Origin: a virus
IMG/VR virus record: IMGVR_UViG_3300029953_000001
DNA: 64,000 nucleotides
Direction: 5' to 3' (one strand)
Shown: positions 28,847 to 37,961 of the stretch, piece by piece
Numbering within the stretch: position 1 is the first letter of the stretch
Layout of the letters: every line of letters starts with the position of its first letter
Translations under genes and position numbers: made by a program
Notes under the pieces: generated by a model
Told to the model about the DNA's origin: nothing
The model's database searches: none
Seen by the model: only the letters and a program-made list of their open reading frames with translations

Positions 28847-29443
28847 TTACACCTCCTGTAAGTGATGCCCAAACCGTTTTTTCTTGTGTATCTCAACCCA
28901 GTTTTTCTGAGGAAGAATGCGCCTAAGGGTTGGACTCAGTTCCATCATCTCTTCGTAGGAGAGGTAGTTGTTTTTCATTCGATTGCAAATAATACATGCA
29001 ACCACCAAGTTGTCCTCTACGTACCCCTCTTCATTGTTTTTTCGGTCGAGGTTAGTTCGAGCGTGACCTTTACCCAAATTGTGGGCTGTCCAAGTGACAG
29101 GTGAACCGCAGTAGTGACATACACTAACTGTAGTAAAAGTCAAGAATTGTTCGTAGGTAATAGTGAACGCGAGTCCGCGTGACGCCGCTTGCTGTTTAAG
29201 TCGGTGCCAAAGCCACTCATAGGGTCGCTTACGCAACCCTCGATTTCCGGGATAGTTTTTCTGGATTAGGTTTCGACCAGTGCAAGACCTACACTTACCC
29301 TGCCGTCTTGATAAACGGCTAGATTCCACCCACAGTTCGTTAGAACAGTTATCGGTCGCACACTTGAACAAGTACATCACCTTATTCTGGCGACCTTGGG
29401 GGCGTAGCTCTTTTCGTAGTGCGTCTGTGATATTCAAACTCAT
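28847..29443 (-). CDS. HNH homing endonuclease
   Basis: CHYCGSPV...H...NLDRKNNEEGYVEDNLVVACIICNRMKNN. Confidence 0.7.
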   Translation of the reverse strand: MSLNITDALRKELRPQGRQNKVMYLFKCATDNCSNELWVESSRLSRRQGKCRSCTGRNLIQKNYPGNRGLRKRPYEWLWHRLKQQAASRGLAFTITYEQFLTFTTVSVCHYCGSPVTWTAHNLGKGHARTNLDRKNNEEGYVEDNLVVACIICNRMKNNYLSYEEMMELSPTLRRILPQKNWVEIHKKKRFGHHLQEV

Positions 29444-29476
29444 GGGAAGTCTCTACCTATGAGTTTGAAAGTTCAC

Positions 29477-29884
29477 TTATTCTTCACCCAACTCATCCAA
29501 ATGGAGCTTATCCCACTGTTCGTAGACAATGCGGTTGTTCTCCTCAATGTCCTCACGAGTGGGGTACTTACCCCCCACCATAAGCAGAGAAGAACAGTTA
29601 ATGCAGCGAGGGGCATCAGGCCAGAAATGCTTCTCGAAGCCTTCAACTCCCATCCGGTCATGCCCGTAGATAGTGCAGTTGACCCGATTCCAGACACGGC
29701 ATATCAGGTGCTTGACCCATCCGGGAGCCCACAACAAGTAGCCGTGCTCACAGCCGTAGGCCATGGGGTAGCCTTGCTGACCGTCGCGTCGAGCGACCAG
29801 CCCCATGTTCCGTCCGAAGACCTTATTGAATCGTCGCTTCTGCTGAAACTTCTTCCACAATTTCTTCATCGAGTTCATGTATGA
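29477..29884 (-). CDS. Small hypothetical protein; the true start is probably internal to listed ORF 29477..30058
   Basis: The listed 193-aa ORF overlaps the upstream gene by 236 nt in another frame, so its N-terminus is probably not real. The start coordinate is approximate. Confidence 0.3.
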   Translation of the reverse strand, partial: SYMNSMKKLWKKFQQKRRFNKVFGRNMGLVARRDGQQGYPMAYGCEHGYLLWAPGWVKHLICRVWNRVNCTIYGHDRMGVEGFEKHFWPDAPRCINCSSLLMVGGKYPTREDIEENNRIVYEQWDKLHLDELGEE

Positions 29885-30596
29885 GGCTCCATGCAATGAT
29901 GCAGTAACCGAGTAGGTCTTTTGCTGAGTCAAGCTTTGGTTCGTATGTTGCCGTCCGTCCCAAAGCTGAAAGCTGTGCATAGCGTGCAATCTTATCCCAC
30001 AGCCGGGGTAGTGTACCTTGAATGCCATGGCGACGGTAGCTTTCACCATACTCTGCACCCTTAGAGTATAGTGTGCTGGTGAGTTCCTTCACTGCATCCC
30101 TGACATGGGATTCGGTATATAGGAAATTGTCGTTCACCACGAGTGCCTTGAACTTGTTCTGTTCGTACAGGTAGATGAGAGCCGCCACGTATGTCATCAC
30201 ATGCATGTGCTCTTCAACCAGAGTAACGAAGGAAGGGTTCCAATGGGGGAGCAGGACGTTGTGCAGATGGTTGGAGACGCCTTCAACGATTACGAAGTTG
30301 TAAACCCACTGAAGGAAAAGGTTCTCCACGTTGTAGTAGCCGCCGTCAAACAGCACACCGTACTGAATCAGCTTCTCCGGGTCGGGACGGACGGTGATGA
30401 TTTCGTTGCCTACAGTACCGAGGCCGGTCAGGCCGGAGCTAAGAATCTGAGTAGGGGACTGTAGTTTGGAGAGAACTTTTTCTGCGGAGATTAGGTCGGG
30501 TAGTCGTTCGATTACCTTATCCCAAGATTCATTGTGGACGAAGAGACCTTCTCGAACCTCTTGCCAGTATACTGTACCGTTCAGGGCTTCACTCAT
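29823..30596 (-). CDS. Hypothetical protein (257 aa), possibly an all-alpha NTP-pyrophosphohydrolase-like fold
   Basis: Helical composition, EEH..H..YE-type acidic/His segments (FVTLVEEHMHVMTYVAALIYLYEQ). Weak. Confidence 0.4.
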   Translation of the reverse strand: MSEALNGTVYWQEVREGLFVHNESWDKVIERLPDLISAEKVLSKLQSPTQILSSGLTGLGTVGNEIITVRPDPEKLIQYGVLFDGGYYNVENLFLQWVYNFVIVEGVSNHLHNVLLPHWNPSFVTLVEEHMHVMTYVAALIYLYEQNKFKALVVNDNFLYTESHVRDAVKELTSTLYSKGAEYGESYRRHGIQGTLPRLWDKIARYAQLSALGRTATYEPKLDSAKDLLGYCIIAWSLIHELDEEIVEEVSAEATIQ

Positions 30597-31242
30597 ATCC
30601 CATAATACTGGCTATAGATGAGTTTCCTATCAGGCGATATACCTTTGCTGGTGGCTTTTCTCCAGCGAACTTGGACACACGTGGGGCCTGTACGAGTCTC
30701 GCGTCCCTCAGAGCCTCCAAGGTGACGCGACCGAAGCCGCGTATCCTGTTTCCCCGTGTATCGAAGATGCCATAGGTGCGTACCCACTCTGGAACGTGGG
30801 AGATACCCTTTGCGACTATTGGTCTCTCATAGTCCACCACGAAGACGCAGCCCTTGCGAAGATAAGCGACCGCCGACTGAGAGAGCCAGCTAAGCCCCGG
30901 TATGCGATGCTTGATGATGAAATCTACGCGAAGCTTAAATGCTTTCTTCTGAAATCTGGTCATGCCTTTTCTCTCGAAGTAGTGCCGCACCCCTTCTGAC
31001 GGTGGTTCAGGCTCCGGCTTGTACGCCTTGGCAAAGTCAAGGATACGACGTCGCACTTCTGACTTGGTGGGACCGAGACCCACCTGTGTGAAGTCCCGCA
31101 CCATCATCCCAAGGACTTCATCCTGCGAGGGCTGGATGGGCTCGGGGTCGCTGGAGGGATGAGCACTGAACCGTGCCTTCATAGCGGACATATGGGCTTC
31201 CACTTGTTCCTTGGTCGCGCCTGCTGGTGGGTTAAATGACAT
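30589..31242 (-). CDS. Hypothetical protein (217 aa)
   Basis: Complete ORF. Confidence 0.4.
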   Translation of the reverse strand: MSFNPPAGATKEQVEAHMSAMKARFSAHPSSDPEPIQPSQDEVLGMMVRDFTQVGLGPTKSEVRRRILDFAKAYKPEPEPPSEGVRHYFERKGMTRFQKKAFKLRVDFIIKHRIPGLSWLSQSAVAYLRKGCVFVVDYERPIVAKGISHVPEWVRTYGIFDTRGNRIRGFGRVTLEALRDARLVQAPRVSKFAGEKPPAKVYRLIGNSSIASIMGYE

Positions 31243-31333
31243 GACTTCCTCCTATGTTATCCCTTGCCTCTCGCAGTAGCGAGGAGCGGTCAGTTCCAAC
31301 GTGGGGTACATCTGTCCGATGCCAGCCACGACT

Positions 31334-31813
31334 TCATTTCTTCACCTGTTTGAGTTCGGTCTGTACGTAGGCCGCAACCGAATCATCCTCGTGCTTGACC
31401 CAAAACAGGTCTCCGCCAGCACCCGGTACGGTGCCGTAGAAGGTGCCCTTCGTGCCGATGGGCTTACGATTGTCGATGTGCGACTGATGCACAAGGAACG
31501 CAGACGTGTTGCCGTCGTACTTCCGGTTCGCCACAATCAAATGAATCGGCACAATCAAATGAATCGGCTCAGTGGGGAGTTCATCCCAAGTTTGCTGCTC
31601 TTCCTTCTTCAAGCCGCGATTGAACATGAACATATCGAGAGCGCGTGACTGCTGCACCGCATCGTTCAGCACCAGTCGGTAGAGTTCACCGAAGGGTTGC
31701 GTGGCATCTACAACCTTCTGGTAAGCATCCATCAAGAGTTGCATCTCACTGTCAGTAAGATGCCCACCCTGTTCGTACTTGCGAAGAATATCTTTCATAG
31801 TTCCCCTGTCCAT
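31334..31813 (-). CDS. Hypothetical protein (159 aa) containing an 18-nt tandem repeat (PIHLIV x2)
   Basis: cacaatcaaatgaatcgg x2 at about 31531-31566. Confidence 0.4.
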   Translation of the reverse strand: MDRGTMKDILRKYEQGGHLTDSEMQLLMDAYQKVVDATQPFGELYRLVLNDAVQQSRALDMFMFNRGLKKEEQQTWDELPTEPIHLIVPIHLIVANRKYDGNTSAFLVHQSHIDNRKPIGTKGTFYGTVPGAGGDLFWVKHEDDSVAAYVQTELKQVKK

Positions 31814-32065
31814 GCGGTCACAATGGGTTCCGCTATGATTATCAAGACTATCACCTTGTCCATCGGGTACGAAAAGAAGTCAGCGAGGCGGTCGGCGAGA
31901 AGTTCGAGTTTCTTAACGTTCATTTCAGTTTCCTGTCACCTTGATAGGTTCATTGGTGAGACGGGTCTGGTCATCCGTGCGACCACACAGACTATCTTTT
32001 CCGTGGAATTGATAGAAGTGCAGCCGCCCGGTGACCTTCCTCGTCTTGTATGTGTTCCGCTCATG

Positions 32066-33481
32066 TTACTCCGCGTCCTGAAAGTAGTCGAAGCTGGCTG
32101 CGGTACTGCGAACCTCATCCAGCGTGAAATCCTTCTTCAGTTCGCCGTTGAGGAACACGGTCTTGAGGTAGTTGCCGTAGCTGTCCTCTTCCGTGGTGTC
32201 GATAGTACGCCAGCCGCCGTCGCTGTTGAACAGGTTGAAGCGGCCACCGATGGATGCCTTCGAAGAATCCGTCTTCGGGTTCTTGAAGACCGGACTCCAC
32301 TGCCCTGCCCGGTTGATGGCCGAGCACTTGATAGCAAAGCGCATCGTGTCGCGGTTCTGCTGCTGCAACAGGGCACCGCCCATGCCGTAGCCCCAGTTGT
32401 CCATCGACCAACCCGACCGGGTGAGGGAGGAGTTGATGCGAAGGATGTTCTGATAGTTCACGCCGTCGCCCTGAATCGCACGAATCTGTGCCGGGAGAAC
32501 CTTGTAGCCCTTGGCGTTGGTCTCGAAGCCGAACTTCTCCGCAACTGCGTTGAAGATGTCTTCGAGGACAACCACAGGGTCACCTGAGTCCGGGCGAAGC
32601 ACGACAGTACCGTCCCGACGCAGAACCTTCTCACGAAGCTGGTTGCCGAAGATTTCAGCGACCGCGTTGTGCGTGTCGTAGCTGTCAACCACGCACGCGA
32701 GAAGCGCAGTGGGCGACTTGTCGAGCATGTTCTCGTAGGCATCACGCTCGTTAGCCTGACCCCATGACGTGACCGTGCTGTGTTCCATAGCAGGGATAGA
32801 GAACCCCGGCATATCCTTGGCTCCGTAATAGTCACGTAGCAGTATGGCCGCTTCCATCGTGTCTGAGCCCATGAAGTTGACCAGATGTGCTGCTCCGCCG
32901 ATAGCCGCCGATTCTTGCGAGGAGACGCCACGGGCTCCAAAGTCATGCAGCTTGAACGGCAAGCCAGCAGGAGTTCCGGTGCGAACCAAGTCCTTGCCAA
33001 TTTCCTGCTTGATGTGCCATGACAGGGTGCCGACCGTGATGGGGTACCATGTTCCTCGGAGGATGATGGTCTCCGCCCAGTTTGTCAGCCAAGGAAACTC
33101 ATCATCCGTGTTCTCAATGGTCAGCAGGGCGTTCTTCACAGAAACAACTGTACCCTCCGGCACCGCACGAATCTTGAGGGGAAGGCGACCGTCGTGCTTC
33201 TCCAGCAACCTGAGCCAACCCGTCGTATTGAATACCTTATCGGAGCCAAAGTGAGCCGCCGCAAATGCTTGAGCCTCGTCTACGTCTTCCTTAGTGAAGA
33301 CCTTACCGACCAAGTAGGTCTTGAGGGTGTACTGAAGACCGAAGAACATCGTGTCCTTCCAAAAACCTCCGCGAGACATAAGGTGGGAGTAAATAGTTCG
33401 AGTATCTGGGGGGTACTGAAAATGGTGGGAAAGCTTGTAACTGTCCGTTGTCAGTAGGGGGTTAACTCTCAGTTTTTGCAC
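32066..33481 (-). CDS. nadV: Nicotinamide phosphoribosyltransferase (NadV/NAMPT)
   Basis: N-terminus LLTTDSYKLSHHFQYPPDT, typical of NAMPT. Length 471 aa. Internal GARG/DSYD segments. Confidence 0.8.
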   Translation of the reverse strand: MQKLRVNPLLTTDSYKLSHHFQYPPDTRTIYSHLMSRGGFWKDTMFFGLQYTLKTYLVGKVFTKEDVDEAQAFAAAHFGSDKVFNTTGWLRLLEKHDGRLPLKIRAVPEGTVVSVKNALLTIENTDDEFPWLTNWAETIILRGTWYPITVGTLSWHIKQEIGKDLVRTGTPAGLPFKLHDFGARGVSSQESAAIGGAAHLVNFMGSDTMEAAILLRDYYGAKDMPGFSIPAMEHSTVTSWGQANERDAYENMLDKSPTALLACVVDSYDTHNAVAEIFGNQLREKVLRRDGTVVLRPDSGDPVVVLEDIFNAVAEKFGFETNAKGYKVLPAQIRAIQGDGVNYQNILRINSSLTRSGWSMDNWGYGMGGALLQQQNRDTMRFAIKCSAINRAGQWSPVFKNPKTDSSKASIGGRFNLFNSDGGWRTIDTTEEDSYGNYLKTVFLNGELKKDFTLDEVRSTAASFDYFQDAE

Positions 33482-34397
33482 TTGTTTTCTCCTTCAAAAA
33501 AGCCTTTACATCATTTATGAAGAACGGGATTCTCACCATTTGGTATCCGTTATCTTCCGCCCACTGGTCTTTCAACTTGTCCAAACTTCGTATGCGTTCC
33601 AAGTCCTCGGGCTTCTTCCCTGTCAATACCTTGTAATGCTGTGCTCCATCAAATTCAATGAGTAGCTTCATCCCCTCAACACAGAAGTCATACCGTAGAT
33701 GGCGACCTGACTTTGGGTTTATGAGTCCGGGGAAACACTTCTGTGGTTTGTACTTCCAACTCCACGCTTCCAAACACTTTCTAACTTCCTCCTCGCCCCA
33801 CGAATAGTACCGTGAAAAGCATTTTGGACAACCTGCACCCCGAAGATGATTACTCGCCAGTTGTTTAAAGTCCCCATGCACCTTACATGTAATGGTAACC
33901 GATTTCAAAGAGTAGGTGTAACCTAGTCGGTCATAACCATAGCGGTCACCGTGGAGCCTTCGAGCTTCGATGATGAAATCTTCGGGGGACTTACGCTTTT
34001 TATCGCTCCTCTGTACTATCCCACATTTTGGACAGCCACACCCATTCAAATGGTTATTCGGGGTCATCTCAAACCCCCCGTGAACCGGACAAAGAATTGT
34101 TACTTTGTCCAAAGTTGTGGTTCGGTATACAACGTTGGAATAGTCGTATAGATCACCATGCTTCTTCCTTGCTTTCTCGATGAACTTCTCAGTCGTTGAT
34201 GTTGCTTCCTTCCGAGCACATTTAGGACAGTTCTGGCCCACTCTGTGACATGAGGGGAGTTGCCAAAACACACCATGTTCTCGACACACAATTTCTACCT
34301 TGCTACGTTTGTTTTTGTACACCAACCGGGAGTAATCATACCGCTCTCCGTGTACCTGTTGCACTGCTACCAAATACTCCTGTGTCGTCATACCCAC
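33462..34397 (-). CDS. Putative homing-type endonuclease: three YDYS/Zn-ribbon repeats plus a Vsr-like PD-(D/E)XK nuclease domain
   Basis: Repeats ..YDYS.V.Y...V.I.C..HG.F......H..G.GCPKC three times. C-terminal YDFCVEGMKLLIEFDGAQHYK...R.....D.....G. Same architecture class as 4210..5655. Confidence 0.45.
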   Translation of the reverse strand: MGMTTQEYLVAVQQVHGERYDYSRLVYKNKRSKVEIVCREHGVFWQLPSCHRVGQNCPKCARKEATSTTEKFIEKARKKHGDLYDYSNVVYRTTTLDKVTILCPVHGGFEMTPNNHLNGCGCPKCGIVQRSDKKRKSPEDFIIEARRLHGDRYGYDRLGYTYSLKSVTITCKVHGDFKQLASNHLRGAGCPKCFSRYYSWGEEEVRKCLEAWSWKYKPQKCFPGLINPKSGRHLRYDFCVEGMKLLIEFDGAQHYKVLTGKKPEDLERIRSLDKLKDQWAEDNGYQMVRIPFFINDVKAFLKEKTSAKTES

Positions 34398-34601
34398 CTC
34401 TAACTAAGGGGTGGGTATTGCAAACAGTAACTTAGTTTATTCTCAAATACCTATTCCTTGACACGTAACCCAGCCCTAGCAGCCCTGTGCCCAGCAGCAG
34501 CAAGGAGGAAGGCTCAGGAGTCGGGGCTGGGATGGGGACAGCGAAGGTGTCCAGTGGCGTGACTGACAGGCTTACGATCCCCCCTTCGGGTGTGTCCCCA
34601 C

Positions 34602-35009
34602 TCATGAATGAAATCCAGTCCAGCCCGTCCGCCTCAAAGCCCTCCGAAGTGCGTGTAAGTCCAGCGTATAGGGAATACTCCAGACCGCGTTGTAGCCCGT
34701 AAATGCAACCCCCGTCGCCGCCTCAAACCACGGGCTGGAAGCAGTCAACACGTTGTTGTTGAATGTCGTACCGGGGGCTGACAACACCATGGAGGCAGTA
34801 TGCTGGGCATCCGATATCACACCCGTGAGTCCTGTGATAATTCCGGCTGAATTGGTTGTGAAGGTTCCGCGTCCTGCGAGGGGTAGATAGGGGATACCGT
34901 CAGGCGTGTCGGCTGAATTGAAGAAAAAAGAATACTGACTGGCAGAGGCTGCTGGAGTTCCTAGTACAACCATCAAGGTCAAGGCAAAAGAAAGTAGGGC
35001 GGTTTTCAT
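34602..35009 (-). CDS. Secreted hypothetical protein with Sec signal peptide (MKTALLSFALTLMVVLGTPAASA)
   Basis: Classic n-h-c signal with an ASA cleavage site. Confidence 0.45.
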   Translation of the reverse strand: MKTALLSFALTLMVVLGTPAASASQYSFFFNSADTPDGIPYLPLAGRGTFTTNSAGIITGLTGVISDAQHTASMVLSAPGTTFNNNVLTASSPWFEAATGVAFTGYNAVWSIPYTLDLHALRRALRRTGWTGFHS

Positions 35010-35056
35010 TGTTTTATCCCTTTCATTATTTTATTTAGTTCCCAAGAAACCTCTGG

Positions 35057-36058
35057 TTATTTCAATCCTTCCGCTGCGAGTTCCTTGGGCGTCATGTGCG
35101 TGTAGGTGACGTTCATCCGGCCAACCTCGATGGTGTCCCACACGTACAGGCCGAAGTGCTTGTACACGACGGGGAAGACACTCTCCCGGTGCGTGTCGAT
35201 GAGCAGTTCTGCCTTCATCTGGTCGATGGGAAACCACTTAACCTCTTCAATGTCATCGCCAGCAATCGCATTGAGCGAGGGTGACTCCGCCGCGAAGACG
35301 AGCGACTTGATTTGGTCGGGCTCCCCTTTCCACCGCCAGTCAGGGATGAGAGCAGAGCCGATGAACTGAGGTTCATTCACCACGAGGCTGGTCTCCTCCA
35401 TGGCTTCACGGGCAGCGTCGTACTCGTAGCTGGGGGTGTAGGGCTCAGAGAAGCCACCGATGAACCGCCACTGCGTCTCACCCGGCTTGCGACCGAGCAG
35501 GAACAGCGTTTTGGTGTCGTCGTTCTCCGGCTTGTGGTAAATCACCACGTCCACCGTCGCCTTCACAGCAGGACGGATGTTGGTCATGGCGTAGATGACG
35601 CCAGCACGGAACTCCGGGGACTCCATGACCGTGTTGGTAATTTTCGCACGGATGGTGGTGCCGCTGATGCCGTCGAGCGTGTTGGGGAGAGTCAGTTCAA
35701 TCGGCTTGTACGCCCCATGGTAGTGCGGTACGAAAGAATCGCGAGAGCCGTACAGCGTCACGTCGCCGTAGTCCACTACGTCACGAATAGCCCTGTCCAA
35801 GTTCCGCGACCACGTTGCATCTTCCTTGGTGTCGGTGAGGGGGAAAATCATGAAGTCGGGATACGCAGCCTGAACCATCGCCTTGCGAGTCTCGAAGTCG
35901 AGGGGGTTGTTGTAGGTCGAGCCAATGGACTTCTGACCGAGGAACAGAATGACCTTGCTGTGCCGTGCCCTTACTTCATCGAACAGGGCTCTGTGTCCAG
36001 CGTGAAGAGCATCGACTTGGCAGCGTGCGACAAGAACGCCGTAGTTAGGCTTTTGCAT
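35057..36058 (-). CDS. natV: Bifunctional NMN adenylyltransferase / Nudix hydrolase (NatV-like)
   Basis: N-terminal nucleotidyltransferase HxGH (VLVARCQVDALHAGHRALF). C-terminal Nudix box GGFSEPYTPSYEYDAAREAMEETSL. Confidence 0.75.
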   Translation of the reverse strand: MQKPNYGVLVARCQVDALHAGHRALFDEVRARHSKVILFLGQKSIGSTYNNPLDFETRKAMVQAAYPDFMIFPLTDTKEDATWSRNLDRAIRDVVDYGDVTLYGSRDSFVPHYHGAYKPIELTLPNTLDGISGTTIRAKITNTVMESPEFRAGVIYAMTNIRPAVKATVDVVIYHKPENDDTKTLFLLGRKPGETQWRFIGGFSEPYTPSYEYDAAREAMEETSLVVNEPQFIGSALIPDWRWKGEPDQIKSLVFAAESPSLNAIAGDDIEEVKWFPIDQMKAELLIDTHRESVFPVVYKHFGLYVWDTIEVGRMNVTYTHMTPKELAAEGLK

Positions 36059-36683
36059 TACTTTCCTCCATGTTGAGTTCCAATATCCTTACGCCCCGGT
36101 TCAATCCGTTGAGCACTCTGCCGAGCCGATAATCAACACCACTTGAGGGCACGTTGAATAGCTTAGCCAGTTCGGTGGTTTTTGTTACCGCTGGTCGTCC
36201 ATCCAAACCAAATGCTCTGACTGCGAGGTCGGCAGCGATTGGCTTGTATCCCGCCTTCACAATGCCATACACCTTGGCGAAAATCGCCAGCTTCTCACTC
36301 CGAGTGGGGTTGTAATTTGGTTTGTGCCATGACCGCTCACCCGCCGCACGAAACATAGCATTGAGGCTGGCCGATGAGGGGTTCAAAGAAATAGCAACCT
36401 GCTCCGCCTCACGTAGCACCCGCTCATACTCCGCCTTCTCAATAGCCTCCGCCCTCTCAGCTTGTTTGCGTTTCTCCTGAACTACCTTTTTACGTTCATC
36501 CAGTTCATCGAGGATTGTACGTAGAGCTTCCCTTTCCTTTTTCAGAGAGACCACCGATTGGTAGAAGTCGAACAGAGCCGAACATCCCTCGCACAGTATC
36601 AACTCAGGAGGGGTCTCCGGGTTGAACTCTGGGTGCTTGGGACACGTCGAACTCCATATCGAGACACCAAAGGGTTTCATCAT
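36045..36683 (-). CDS. Hypothetical protein (212 aa), coiled-coil middle region
   Basis: Complete ORF. N-terminal CPKH...CEGC. Confidence 0.4.
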   Translation of the reverse strand: MMKPFGVSIWSSTCPKHPEFNPETPPELILCEGCSALFDFYQSVVSLKKEREALRTILDELDERKKVVQEKRKQAERAEAIEKAEYERVLREAEQVAISLNPSSASLNAMFRAAGERSWHKPNYNPTRSEKLAIFAKVYGIVKAGYKPIAADLAVRAFGLDGRPAVTKTTELAKLFNVPSSGVDYRLGRVLNGLNRGVRILELNMEESNAKA

Positions 36684-37300
36684 TTCTCCGGCACTTCAAC
36701 CGTCCGCAACCGGACGGGTTTGGGGCCGAACTCCTGTTCGACCTCTGCGTGACAAAAGTCACAAGTACCGACGTTGAAGATGGCGTCCGCCGTCTGAATC
36801 ATCGGGCCGGTAAATGTGACCTTCGGGTGTTGACACGTGTTGCTCAAGTTAGAACCACCGTTCGTAAGATAAAAACACCGGCTCGTAATCGCCGTTGACC
36901 AGCCTGTCCAGCATCATGCGACGGAACTTCCGGTGAAGGGCCTTGTTCAACTTGCGAACCTTCCGGGCACCGTTGCGGGTTGACTTGATATGACGCTTGT
37001 AGCCGTCGCAGATAGGGCAGCAGCCCTTGATGAATGTACGTTGCATTAGGTACGGCTCCTTAGGCCGCGCTAATGCATGGTTGACTCCTTCATGACTTCC
37101 TCCCTATGGGAGCTTGAACATCAGTATAACAAAACTTGAGAGTACGGCGATAGTAACACCGATGACACAGAAATCATAGGTGTCGTAGTTGAAGGTAATC
37201 CACCACGGAGCTTCTCCGCCAGCGGCTTCAACCCCCCGAACATAGCCTCGCATCCCACGGAACAACAGACAGTAGACGAGGAAAAAGAAAGCGAATCGCA

Positions 37301-37726
37301 TCATGCCCCCTTGTGAATCGCGTCATACCGAGCGCGCATTTCCTTGGTGACCGGGTAACCGTCCGGTGCCTGTGCTCCGGGCTTCTTCGCCGAAAAGGTG
37401 ACAACATCGTGGTGATGCTGCGAGACTTCCAGCCGCATCAAACGCCAGTCGAACTCCACATGCTCACGAGCCATGACCATAGCAGCATCAACGCCCTGAG
37501 CCTCATCAAAGGTGCCATGGATGCCGGTCTTCTGCCAGCACTCACCCGAAGCACTGAATCCCGGAGGGGTGCCGAAGCTGTCAAGGCTTGCCCTGAACCA
37601 CTTTTTGTCCTTACCAGTGGTGTACCGGGCTTCCAGTACGTAGATAGTGAACTCGCCGTCGCATCTCATACCCACAGTATACACACGCTGGGGACGTTTT
37701 GAACAAACTTTTACTGAGGCGTCCAC
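37301..37726 (-). CDS. Hypothetical protein (141 aa)
   Basis: Complete ORF in an operon-like array with small ORFs 36849..37046, 37104..37304 (membrane) and 37711..37920 (Zn-ribbon). Confidence 0.4.
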   Translation of the reverse strand: MDASVKVCSKRPQRVYTVGMRCDGEFTIYVLEARYTTGKDKKWFRASLDSFGTPPGFSASGECWQKTGIHGTFDEAQGVDAAMVMAREHVEFDWRLMRLEVSQHHHDVVTFSAKKPGAQAPDGYPVTKEMRARYDAIHKGA

Positions 37727-37961
37727 CTTTTTATAGCCGCTTGACGCGATATTTCAATGAGACAGCCTCTACCACAAGTCTTAGCCCCGCTAGATTTAGG
37801 CGTAAAGGGGGTATAACATACGAGACACGTAGGTTGTACAAACTGTAGACCATATTTGATACATGTTTTAAGTGAAAATAAGGCCCCTTTGGCTTGCTGA
37901 GCCATGAAGGTTTTTGCCATAGCATCTAGCGATTTTGGTTTGCCCCTGTGGGCTGATTTAA

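Noticed and set aside
31697-32587. 296-aa plus-strand ORF (similarly 35312..36076 and 20289..21029)
   Set aside because: Antisense to nadV, natV or the structural gene respectively. Implausible composition.
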